A stretch of DNA of 64,000 nt from Clostridiales bacterium UBA1770 (GTDB taxonomy: Bacteria; Bacillota; Clostridia; Oscillospirales; CAG-272): contig DCGU01000054.1 in the NCBI GenBank assembly GCA_002315325.1, positions 24,078-88,077 of the forward strand. Reading direction: 5' to 3'. Positions 47,077-55,541 of this stretch are shown in pieces. How positions within the stretch are numbered: position 1 is the first letter of the stretch; every line of letters begins with the position of its first letter. The notes beneath the pieces were generated by a model. That model did not search any database and was not told where the DNA came from. It was given only the letters and a program-made list of their open reading frames with translations. The position numbers and the translations under genes were made by a program.

Positions 47077-48258
47077 TCAATCACTGCAAATGAACTCCAC
47101 GCAGAAAGCACAGGACCAGCCGAATTCCTTGGCACCCAGGCCTTCGCGCGTGATGGGATTGTAATACTCATAAATTGTCTTGGCATCGCCGTGCACGGTG
47201 GACAATACCCAGCGGCGCACGTCAGCGGCCAATTTGTCGTACCCGTAGGCACGCAGGCCCTGTGCGGCAAACCAGGCGTAATTGAGCCACACGGGACCGC
47301 GCCAATAGTCCCCTGCAGAAAAGGTCGGGTGATTCATGGCCACGCTGGGCATGGACGGGAAATATTCCTTCGGATCGGCGGCACGTTTCGCCATGGCGGC
47401 GGCGTGTTCCGGTGAAGCGGCGCCGGCAAACAGCGGCACGAAGAAGACACTTGACGTCACGTCACTGAATTGCCCCGTGAAGCGGTCGCGGTCCAGATAG
47501 GACTGCGCTTCGTCGCTCCACAGCGTCGTATCCAGTGCCTGTGCCAGCGCATCGCGTTTTTGCCGCCACGCATCGCTTTCATCCTTTTTACCCAGGCGGT
47601 CAGCCATATCGGCAAGCGCGTCGTAGAACGTCACCATAAAGCCGTTGAGATCGACGGCCAGCAGGTTATCCACGCCGTTGTCCCAGCGGGGCGAGGTATC
47701 CATACCGCTCTCCCATTTTTGATGCTTGCGCCATTCATCGCCCACGTGCAGCGCATCGTAATAAAACAAACCCGTTTTTTCGTCGCAGCGCTTATTTGCC
47801 CAGAAACCTTCGTTTTTTACAAAATGCGCGTAGGCATCCGGCAACAGGTCGGGACGAGGGGCGCGGCGGTACACCCGTGCAAATGCCCAGGCCATCACGG
47901 GCGGTTTGGAATAGGTATCCATACGGGAGCCGTCGGTACGGATGACGTCGGGGAAAATGCCGTCGTCACCTTGATTGGCAAAAAAGATGGCAAACTGCTC
48001 GTAGGCCAGGTCGGGATCGAACCGTGAAACGGCAAGGGCGTGGAAGGCAGAATCCCAGTTCCACACGCCTTTGTAGGTGCGGGGGGACGGCACGATGCCG
48101 CGATACGGGCCCCAGGCGTTGTCCGGGCTGTCGATCAAGTTGCCGATGAGCGTATTCGTGGCGCGGCGCAGCACGTCGATATCACGGTTGCCCAATTTTA
48201 ATTTTTCAATGGTTTCTTTCAGCCAGGCGTCGCGCTTGGCCGTCAAAGTCTCATTCAT
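47077..48258 (-). CDS. Trehalase-family / GH63-like (MGH1-like) six-hairpin glycoside hydrolase
   Basis: WNWDSAF, GDYWRGPVWLNYAWF and EYYNPITREGLGAKEFGWS motifs. Confidence 0.7.
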   Translation of the reverse strand: MNETLTAKRDAWLKETIEKLKLGNRDIDVLRRATNTLIGNLIDSPDNAWGPYRGIVPSPRTYKGVWNWDSAFHALAVSRFDPDLAYEQFAIFFANQGDDGIFPDVIRTDGSRMDTYSKPPVMAWAFARVYRRAPRPDLLPDAYAHFVKNEGFWANKRCDEKTGLFYYDALHVGDEWRKHQKWESGMDTSPRWDNGVDNLLAVDLNGFMVTFYDALADMADRLGKKDESDAWRQKRDALAQALDTTLWSDEAQSYLDRDRFTGQFSDVTSSVFFVPLFAGAASPEHAAAMAKRAADPKEYFPSMPSVAMNHPTFSAGDYWRGPVWLNYAWFAAQGLRAYGYDKLAADVRRWVLSTVHGDAKTIYEYYNPITREGLGAKEFGWSCAFCVEFICSD

Positions 48259-48282
48259 AGGATGGTTTCTCTCCTTTTCGGT

Positions 48283-49029
48283 TTATCCGGGGAATAACAT
48301 ATATTTGATGATTGCCAACGTTTCCCGCAGCATATTGTGCGGCAGGTACAGCGGGGATAGATCGGCGGCAATACCGCACACGTCGGTGTACCCCAGCGCC
48401 TTGGCCATTTGCAGGGCGCGGAAAACGTGGAAATTGTTGGTGACAATCCCGACGCTGACGTCCGACGGCAGCAAATCTTTGCTGTTGGTCAGATTTTGCA
48501 GCGTGGTGCGTGACGTATCTTCCAAAAGAATGCGCGACGCGTCGATGCCGTTTTGTATGAGATAGTCGGCCATACCACGCGCCTCGCTCCAGGGTTCGTT
48601 GGTTCCCTGCCCGCCCGACACGATGCAAATCGTTTCGGGATTGGCGTTCAAATAATCAATGGCAACGTTCAATCGGCGGCGCAGAATGGAGCCGGGACCG
48701 TCCGGTTTTACCTGGGCGCCCAGCACGATGACGTAATCGAGGTTTTCTTCTCCCTTGGCACCGAAGCCCGACAAAATGCAGCCCTGTACGGCCAAAAAGA
48801 ACAGTAAGCCGAGGCAGACAAATCCCAAGAGCACGCGGCGCAGTTCCTGCGGCATACGGGCAAACCAACGTTTACCGACGGCAACCGTCAAAAGTGCAAA
48901 TACGCCTGCAATGACGAACCAAATGACGTAAAACGCGCTGCCGGTATTCAGGCTTGCAATCGCAATGCCGTACAAAATGCAAAGAAGCGAAAACGCACCC
49001 AACAGGCAACAACCGATTTTTCGTTTCAC
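48283..49029 (-). CDS. YdcF/ElyC/SanA (DUF218) family membrane protein
   Basis: N-terminal TM helices plus YVIVLGAQVKPDG...CIVSGGQG. The GTG start overlaps the GH43 stop. Confidence 0.8.
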   Translation of the reverse strand: MKRKIGCCLLGAFSLLCILYGIAIASLNTGSAFYVIWFVIAGVFALLTVAVGKRWFARMPQELRRVLLGFVCLGLLFFLAVQGCILSGFGAKGEENLDYVIVLGAQVKPDGPGSILRRRLNVAIDYLNANPETICIVSGGQGTNEPWSEARGMADYLIQNGIDASRILLEDTSRTTLQNLTNSKDLLPSDVSVGIVTNNFHVFRALQMAKALGYTDVCGIAADLSPLYLPHNMLRETLAIIKYMLFPG

Positions 49030-50537
49030 GCGTCGTCCTCCATCCGCTTTGCCGACAGACCGAACACCGTGAAGTCAATCACACCGGTGCGGAGCCCACC
49101 GCGTTCGTTGATAAAGCGCAGGCGCACCTTTTCGCACGGCACTGCCGGGAACGTATCGTAGGCGATATTCATCTCCGCCGTATTATCCATCTTATCCAGT
49201 ATCGTAAACCACGCGCCATGCGCGTACCCCTGTAGTGCATAGTGAACGGGAGCGGGCAACACCCCCTTGGCATAATCCAAACCGACGTCGCGCCAAAAGA
49301 CGCGCAGGGCACCCACGGCAAAGGAACCCGACAGGTCGCATTCCAGCCACGGTTCGGCATCGTCATCGGCAGGCTGCCAGAAGGACAAATTGTTTTCATC
49401 CGTGGCATAAACGGGATCACGCCCCTCGCGGCTGCTTGACGCAGTCGGGCGGACCGCCGCGCACAGGGAAAGTGCGCCGGGCGTTGCATCCGGCGTCAGT
49501 TTTGCGGGGGAAACACCCGGCACGTATTGCGGCACGTCGCTGACGCCGATGGGACAGTACAACTCGCCGTTTTCGTCCACGTCCACACGGTCCATGCCGA
49601 TGCGGCGCTCGTAGCGATGCAGGTACGGGGCGGCAATCGTGAAAAACGCCCACAGCGTATTGCCCGACCCGTGCTCCACACAGCCGTGTCCGGCACCGGC
49701 CACAATCCCGCCGCGGTGGAAGGTCAAGGGATTGCGCTTTTGCGGTTTGAAGTCGTCCAACGGCGACACGTCGCTGACGTACACCGCCATACAGTAGGAG
49801 GCGTCACAGGTATCGGGTGCGGCGTAAATCAAATAATAGCGGCCGTTGTGCTTGAGCATATGCGGGCCCTCGCACCAACCGAAATCAATCTCTTGGCCAT
49901 ACAGCCCGTGCCGTTCCCAGGGTTTGTTGACCGGATCCATATCGATGAGCGTCACGGGGCCGCGTACAACCTGCCGCGGATTTTCCACGTCCAATTCATA
50001 CCCGATAATGCGCAGGCCGAACCCCTCGAAGGTATCGGGATTTGGGGGGCAGTCCACAGCGTACAGATACAACCGTCCGTCGTCATCGGCAAAAATACCG
50101 GGGTCGCCCGGCACGAATGGCGTGCCGTCCGGCATCATAAAATCGCCGAGTTCCGTGAAGGGGCCCAGCGGGTCGTCCGTCACGTAGAGCGGGCAGCACC
50201 AGGACGTCATCAAATATTTGTCACGCCAACGGCAAATCGTGGGGCTGTATTTGGGATTGTAGGGAGTCGTTCTTTTGTGCTCCCAGTGCTCAAAGTCCGA
50301 CGTCACCCACGCCATACCGTAACTGGGATAGAGATACCATTTGCCGTTTTCGTAAAAGACGGTGGGGTCACTGATGGAACGATAGTCGGGGCCCGTCACG
50401 TTTTCCGGCTTGCCGGTATCACCGAGTATACCGTGCGTTGCGTTCATCCAGTCATCCGTGCCGCGCGGGAGTTCCGGCAGCGACAGGGGGTTGCAATAGG
50501 TATGGAGACAAAAATCTTTTTTCTTTTTTTGATTCAT
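49026..50537 (-). CDS. GH43 family glycoside hydrolase with a C-terminal F5/8-type-C (discoidin/CBM32-like) domain
   Basis: SISDPTVFYENGKWYLYPS beta-propeller motifs and a C-terminal NLSFWQP...ALRVFW. Start moved to ATG 50537. Confidence 0.78.
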   Translation of the reverse strand: MNQKKKKDFCLHTYCNPLSLPELPRGTDDWMNATHGILGDTGKPENVTGPDYRSISDPTVFYENGKWYLYPSYGMAWVTSDFEHWEHKRTTPYNPKYSPTICRWRDKYLMTSWCCPLYVTDDPLGPFTELGDFMMPDGTPFVPGDPGIFADDDGRLYLYAVDCPPNPDTFEGFGLRIIGYELDVENPRQVVRGPVTLIDMDPVNKPWERHGLYGQEIDFGWCEGPHMLKHNGRYYLIYAAPDTCDASYCMAVYVSDVSPLDDFKPQKRNPLTFHRGGIVAGAGHGCVEHGSGNTLWAFFTIAAPYLHRYERRIGMDRVDVDENGELYCPIGVSDVPQYVPGVSPAKLTPDATPGALSLCAAVRPTASSSREGRDPVYATDENNLSFWQPADDDAEPWLECDLSGSFAVGALRVFWRDVGLDYAKGVLPAPVHYALQGYAHGAWFTILDKMDNTAEMNIAYDTFPAVPCEKVRLRFINERGGLRTGVIDFTVFGLSAKRMEDDA

Positions 50538-50675
50538 TGTGGACGTCACCGCCTTTTTGCTTGGTTGACGTCATTATACCACATTTTACGATGCGATACC
50601 ACACCCGCAACTCATTTCATTTTGTCGTCGTTATTCTGCACAAAACACACGCCCGATTTTTGTGCTTTTTATCCA

Positions 50676-50704
50676 TTGGCAGTATCACAAAAATATGATA
50701 AAAT
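50676..50704 (+). promoter_or_regulatory. Extended -10 promoter for the solute-binding protein gene
   Basis: TTGGCA, 17 nt ending in TGA, then TAAAAT. Confidence 0.55.
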
Positions 50705-50762
50705 AATATCGCTTGAAAAAGACACACAAAGCACATTTTACATCATAAACGAGGAGGAACAC

Positions 50763-52319
50763 ATGAAAACCATGCGCAAATTACTGGCTCTCATTCTGGC
50801 GCTCCTGATGGTTGCCGGGACGCTCTCACTCGTTGCCTGCGGCGGCGAAACAGATCCCGAACAAGGCAAAAAGGATGACCCCATCGATACCCCGGATACG
50901 CCGGACACACCGGATACACCGGATACCCCCGACACGCCCGACACGCCTGATACGCCGGATACGCCCGACGATCCCACCGAAACCAAAAAGTACCTGGACA
51001 ATATGCCCGAGACGATGGACTTCGGCGGTGAAACCGTTACGTTCCTCATCAGCAGCGATAACGGAGAAGCAACGTTCGTACTGATTAAAGACGAAAACAA
51101 CTATAACGACGGCGACGCGGTTGAACACGGTATTTATACCCGCCAGCAGAATCTGCAGGAACGTTTGAACGTCACCATGAGTATGGTGGAAGATGAATCC
51201 TCCGGCATCAAGGCTAAAATTCAGGCCGAAATCGACAGTGGTACCAACGATTACGATATCGTCATCGGTGACCTGAAGCAGCACGTCGGCTACTGCATCC
51301 AAAACGGCATTCTGAATATGAACAAGCTGTCGAACGTAGATCTGACGCAAAATTACTGGAACAAAACCTACTCCGATAAATGGGCCTACAAGACTTCCCA
51401 ATATTGGGCTACCGGCGACGCCTCCGGCACGCTGATTAAATTGACAATGGGTATGGTTGTCAACGACGCCCTGTTTGAAAAATACAACTCCGGCGTTGAC
51501 ATCTTTGAGGTTGTCAACAGCGGTGAATGGACCACGGAAAAATTGATTGAATATACGCAGACCTGCTTTGAAGACAAGACCGGTGACGGTGCAACCGAAG
51601 ATGACGTATACGGTCTTCGTTTTGCTAATGCATGGACCACCGGCGGTACGTTTATGCGCGGTGCCGGCTGGGCTTCCACCGTCGAAGGCAAATCCAAATG
51701 GAGCGTTGAACTGGCAGGCGAACACAACCTGGCTGTTTACGAAGCCGTTAACAAAATGCTGTTCCAAAACAACGGCGCTAAGATGGTCAACAGCACAGCC
51801 TTCGGCAATGAGCTGTGCATGATGTGTACTGAAATGCTTGGTGCATTGTCCTCCATGCGCGATTTTACGTTTGATTTCAGCTTCATTCCCTGCCCCAAGT
51901 ACAGTGCGGAAGACGATTACCGTGCCTACACCTTTGAGGGTTTGGGTATCGTCGGGTGTCTCGGCACTCTGCCTGCTGCTAAATACGAAATGGTCGGTGC
52001 AGCAATGGAATGCTATGCATCCATGGGTAAACAGTACGTGACCGAAGGTTACTACGAAATCGCTCTGCGTACCAAATACGCCCGCAACAGCGGTTCCTAC
52101 AAGGCCATCGAACTCGTCCACGACGGTATCTGGGCCGATATGGGCTTTGCATGGTGCGGTTCCCTTTCCGAAATTGACACTTGGATCACCGGTGTTATCT
52201 GTTCCCAGAGAAACTTGGCAAGCGCTGCTGCATCTGATCAAGCAGCCTACCAAAAACTGCTGGATCAGGTTTATACGAACCTGAAGAAACAGAACGACAA
52301 GGATAAAGAAGCAGGTTAA
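50763..52319 (+). CDS. ABC-transporter extracellular solute-binding lipoprotein (family 1, carbohydrate-type), orphan
   Basis: GAGGAGG RBS and lipobox LSLVACGG, then a (DTP)n linker and a large SBP body. The upstream part of the 930-aa track ORF is antisense to GH43 and I discarded it. Confidence 0.82.
   Translation: MKTMRKLLALILALLMVAGTLSLVACGGETDPEQGKKDDPIDTPDTPDTPDTPDTPDTPDTPDTPDTPDDPTETKKYLDNMPETMDFGGETVTFLISSDNGEATFVLIKDENNYNDGDAVEHGIYTRQQNLQERLNVTMSMVEDESSGIKAKIQAEIDSGTNDYDIVIGDLKQHVGYCIQNGILNMNKLSNVDLTQNYWNKTYSDKWAYKTSQYWATGDASGTLIKLTMGMVVNDALFEKYNSGVDIFEVVNSGEWTTEKLIEYTQTCFEDKTGDGATEDDVYGLRFANAWTTGGTFMRGAGWASTVEGKSKWSVELAGEHNLAVYEAVNKMLFQNNGAKMVNSTAFGNELCMMCTEMLGALSSMRDFTFDFSFIPCPKYSAEDDYRAYTFEGLGIVGCLGTLPAAKYEMVGAAMECYASMGKQYVTEGYYEIALRTKYARNSGSYKAIELVHDGIWADMGFAWCGSLSEIDTWITGVICSQRNLASAAASDQAAYQKLLDQVYTNLKKQNDKDKEAG
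50886..50966 (+). repeat. 9-bp coding tandem repeat GAYACNCCN (Asp-Thr-Pro), about 8-9 units
   Basis: Read directly. It encodes the post-lipobox linker of the SBP. Confidence 0.85.
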
Positions 52320-52471
52320 TCTACCGCTATCATTTGCAGCGGGAGACGATTTCGTCTCCCGCTGTTTTTCGTCACACGGTTGCAGTACTTATTCTTTTGG
52401 TATATAATATATCTAACGAAACGGCGTGCGTGAAGCGCACCGTATTACCATCGATAAAGAAGGGCAAAACG

Positions 52472-53110
52472 ATGAAAACAATTTTATTTATGGGCGACTC
52501 CATCACCGACGTCGGCCGCAATACCAATAACGGCAGCCAGATTTCCATAGGACAGGGATATCCCCTGCTCGTTACCGGCCGCTTGGGCGTCAAATACCCC
52601 GGGCAGTTCAACTTTGTCAACACCGGTGTCAGCGGCAACCGCGTGGTCAACATTTACGCCCGCATCAAGGCGGACGTGTGGAACTATGCCCCTGACGTAC
52701 ACAGCATCCTGATCGGTGTCAACGACGTATGGCACGAGCTCAACGGCAACGGCGTGGAAAACGACCGTTATGACGCCGTATACCGCATGTATATCAGCGA
52801 CACCTTAAAGCGCTTCCCCAATATGAAGATCATTATCATGGAGCCCTTCGTGCTGCACGGCAGCGCCACCGACGAGCATTGGGATATGTTCGAGCCGGAA
52901 GTGGCCCTGCGCGCCGCAACGGCCAAAAAGATTGCCGCCGACTTTGGCCTATCCTTCCTGCCGTTGCAGAAGATGTTTGACGATGCCTGCAAGATTTGCC
53001 CGGCAAGTTACTGGCTGGCGGACGGCGTGCATCCGACGCCGGCGGGGCATCAGTTGATTGCAGATGCGTGGCTAGATCTTTTTGAGAAAGAAATTGTGAA
53101 GGGGCTGTAA
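52472..53110 (+). CDS. SGNH/GDSL hydrolase (esterase/lipase)
   Basis: FMGDSITD (block I), GVSGN, GVND and DGVHPT blocks. Start moved to ATG 52472. Confidence 0.88.
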   Translation: MKTILFMGDSITDVGRNTNNGSQISIGQGYPLLVTGRLGVKYPGQFNFVNTGVSGNRVVNIYARIKADVWNYAPDVHSILIGVNDVWHELNGNGVENDRYDAVYRMYISDTLKRFPNMKIIIMEPFVLHGSATDEHWDMFEPEVALRAATAKKIAADFGLSFLPLQKMFDDACKICPASYWLADGVHPTPAGHQLIADAWLDLFEKEIVKGL

Positions 53111-53308
53111 AAAAAGCGCCGACCGGAAAAGCAGATTTATTATTTTGTTTTATTACGTGCAACGCTTGTTGTTTTCAAGATTTTTTCATCTCTTTAAGAG
53201 ATAGCGGTATAAGACTTGCTTTTCCTACCGCCGTTTCCCTCCCTCGCAGTACAGAGTACAGCTAACGGGAGGGAGAACGACGCTTCTGCATCTTTTTTTC
53301 CAAGCCCC
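53101..53308 (-). repeat. Structured inverted-repeat element, copy A (208 bp, inverted relative to B-D)
   Basis: Aligns end to end with copies B-D. One terminus (GGGGCTGTAAAAAAAG) overlaps the last 3 codons and stop of the GDSL gene. Confidence 0.85.
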
Positions 53309-53311
53309 TTC

Positions 53312-53341
53312 GGAGCTGTAAAAAAGCGCCGACCGAAAAAA
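53312..53341 (+). repeat. Solo copy of the element terminus (GGAGCTGTAAAAAAGCGCCGACCGAAAAAA)
   Basis: Near-duplicate of 53102-53131, located immediately after copy A. Confidence 0.7.
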
Positions 53342-53358
53342 CTCTTTTCTCAGATATT

Positions 53359-53402
53359 AAAAAGGTGTTGGTAAAACGATTGTTTTACCAACACCTTTTT
53401 TG
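53359..53402 (+). terminator. Intrinsic terminator (probably the original GDSL-gene terminator, now displaced)
   Basis: AAAAAGGTGTTGGTAAAAC/GTTTTACCAACACCTTTTT stem. Confidence 0.75.
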
Positions 53403-53415
53403 CTAACGCTTTTAT

Positions 53416-53619
53416 GGTGCTAGGGAAAAAAGTGGCAGAATCGTCGATCTTCCAACGCCAGACGTACCCAAGTACGTCAAGTGGGAAATCGGCGATAGGA
53501 AAAGCGCGTCTTTGAGCGTGATTTCTTATATTTTATAATCAAGTTGAAGACGCAACAAGCATTGAACAAGATATAAATAATCTTTTGGCTTTTCCGATCT
53601 GACCTTTTTTCACAGCACC
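53416..53619 (+). repeat. Structured inverted-repeat element, copy B (204 bp, most divergent)
   Basis: Termini are GGTGCT...AGCACC. It ends 2 nt from the stop codon of the S51 peptidase gene. Confidence 0.85.
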
Positions 53620-53621
53620 TA

Positions 53622-54371
53622 TCATTTTTTCTTGGGATAAATGTACGGCCCCTTCCCGTCAGGCATATGCAGCACCAGCGGTTCCTTCTGCAGGTCGTGG
53701 AGTGCGAAGCCCTCGTTGATGGGGAGATAGTAGGCCGTGTGGGCGGGGTTACGGTGGGAGTCGATGACTTCATAGGTACCGTCGACGAAGGCAACGGCAA
53801 TGTCGTTATCGACGCCGAGGCCGTCGTATTCCTGCATCCAAACGTCCTTGGGGAAGCCGGTCCAGTCCTCGTAGTGCGGGCACATGCAGTACGGCAGGAT
53901 ATCCAGGCCGCGCAGCAGGCAATACTGGCCGTTGTCGTAGGTGTTATCGTAGGCATACTTGAACCAGGAGTGTGCACCGGCACTCTGTCCTGCGCAAACG
54001 ACACCGTTTTCATACGCCTGTTTCAAATACACGTCGGCGTGCGTTTTGCGCCAGGTATCCAGCAGGAACTTGGTGTCTCCGCCGCCGCCGTAAATGACAG
54101 ACGCGGAGAGAATCGTTTCACGGATCTGCTCCTCGGTCAGGTTGGGATCGGTCAGGCAGAGATAGTCCACCTGCACGAAGCCGTGGCGCTTGAAATAATC
54201 CGTAACGATCGGTTCCTTATCGCGGTCGTCGCGGCCTGCCGTCGGCAGGTACACGGCACGCATGCCGTTTGCACGGCGGGTGTCGTCCACCAAGGAAATA
54301 ATATAATTTAAGATAGGATCTTCCTCATTTTCAAAAAAGATACCGCCGCTGCCGGCCACAAATTTACCCAT
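53622..54371 (-). CDS. Peptidase S51 (dipeptidase E / cyanophycinase-like) family protein
   Basis: IYGGGGDT and AGQSAGA nucleophile region. Confidence 0.75.
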   Translation of the reverse strand: MGKFVAGSGGIFFENEEDPILNYIISLVDDTRRANGMRAVYLPTAGRDDRDKEPIVTDYFKRHGFVQVDYLCLTDPNLTEEQIRETILSASVIYGGGGDTKFLLDTWRKTHADVYLKQAYENGVVCAGQSAGAHSWFKYAYDNTYDNGQYCLLRGLDILPYCMCPHYEDWTGFPKDVWMQEYDGLGVDNDIAVAFVDGTYEVIDSHRNPAHTAYYLPINEGFALHDLQKEPLVLHMPDGKGPYIYPKKK

Positions 54372-54422
54372 AGTTTTTCTCCTTTATTTTCTGCGGTTCA
54401 CGGAAATACACCGCATCCGCTT

Positions 54423-55178
54423 TTATTTCAAAATGATTTCCGCCCGAATCGGGAAATGGTCGGAGGCGATTTGCTTAACGACCTCGTAGGAGGCGACGTC
54501 AAAATCGTCCGAAACAAAAATATAATCCAAACGCAAATAGGGATTCCATGCACAGAAGGTACAGTCGGTATTGCCCGTCACCTGTGCAGCACTCGATAGG
54601 CGCGCAAACAACGGTGCAAGAATCGCGTCGTCCGGTTGTGCATTGAAATCACCGAACAGCACCGTCGGCATTTTTTCGCGGTCCAACAGGGCGACAAGGC
54701 GGTCCATCATGCGCTCCTTTTCCTGCAGGTTGAGGCCGAAGTGCGTAGCGATAAAGCGAACGGGTTTGCCCGCCACGTCAAGTTTGACACACAGAATCAC
54801 GCGGTCCTCGTACCATTCGTTCTCGTCGGGACGACGCTCGTCCCCCACGGGAGCCGGCACCGGTATGGCCTCCGCCGACAAAATCGGATAGCGTGACAAT
54901 ACGCTGTTGCCGATATCGGAACCCCACGGGAACATGGCACCGCGTGCAAACTGATAAAACGGATAGCCGCTCCGCTCCGCCAATTTCTCCGTTTGCTGTG
55001 TCCAGCTTTCCTCTCCGATAGAGTAGACCTCGTTGAGTCCCACAACGTCGGCACGCATATCGCGAATAACGCGCGCCGTTAAGTCAATATCCACTTTCTG
55101 CTCGTTTTCACGGTCGTTTGACGTCAAATAGTCAATACAATGGCTGATATTAAAAGTGGCAACCGTCATTTTGGTCAT
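54423..55178 (-). CDS. Endonuclease/exonuclease/phosphatase (EEP) family protein
   Basis: VATFNI, GLNEV, GDFN and C-terminal ASDHFPI motifs. ATG 55178 follows GGGAGG. Confidence 0.82.
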   Translation of the reverse strand: MTKMTVATFNISHCIDYLTSNDRENEQKVDIDLTARVIRDMRADVVGLNEVYSIGEESWTQQTEKLAERSGYPFYQFARGAMFPWGSDIGNSVLSRYPILSAEAIPVPAPVGDERRPDENEWYEDRVILCVKLDVAGKPVRFIATHFGLNLQEKERMMDRLVALLDREKMPTVLFGDFNAQPDDAILAPLFARLSSAAQVTGNTDCTFCAWNPYLRLDYIFVSDDFDVASYEVVKQIASDHFPIRAEIILK

Positions 55179-55209
55179 TGGCTGCACCTCCCATCATTGA
55201 ACTTAGGAT

Positions 55210-55238
55210 ATTATAATAAATATCGAGTATTATTTCAA
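55210..55238 (-). promoter_or_regulatory. sigma-70-type promoter for the EEP-S51 operon
   Basis: Minus strand reads TTGAAA, 17 nt, TATAAT. Confidence 0.6.
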
Positions 55239-55287
55239 CAAGTTTTTACAAAACTGCCTTTTTGCACGCATCATTTTTCTGCCAATA

Positions 55288-55540
55288 GGGGCTAGGAAAA
55301 AAAGATGCAGAATCGCCGTTCTCCCTCCCACTAGCTGTACTGAGTACTGCGTGGGAGGCCAGCGGAAGGGACCCCCGCAATGCACGAACGTGCGTTGTGG
55401 GGATACGCAGACGGCGGTAGGAAAAGCACGTCTTTTTACGTGATTTCGTTTGCTCAATATATTTATGAGATATGCGTATAGTGTTGCACAAGATATACTA
55501 TACTATCTATGCTTTTCCGGTCGGCGCTTTAATAAGCCCC
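55288..55540 (+). repeat. Structured inverted-repeat element, copy C (253 bp; carries a 53-nt nested hairpin insertion)
   Basis: Same architecture as A, B and D, with an extra segment at 55359-55411. Confidence 0.85.
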
Positions 55541-55541
55541 A

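Noticed and set aside
49527-50762. 5' two-thirds of the 930-aa plus-strand ORF
   Set aside because: This part is antisense to the GH43 gene and then crosses the intergenic promoter region. The real gene starts at ATG 50763, which has a GAGGAGG RBS and a lipoprotein signal peptide.
50826-52253. 475-aa minus-strand ORF
   Set aside because: It is antisense to the solute-binding protein gene. It mirrors the DTP repeat as a GVS repeat, which is an artefact of the complementary frame.
55230-55491. 75-aa and 81-aa minus-strand ORFs in the EEP-udk gap; also 53477-54013
   Set aside because: They run through repeat-element copies C and B. The frames are not conserved between element copies, there is no RBS, and 53477-54013 overlaps the S51 peptidase gene out of frame.
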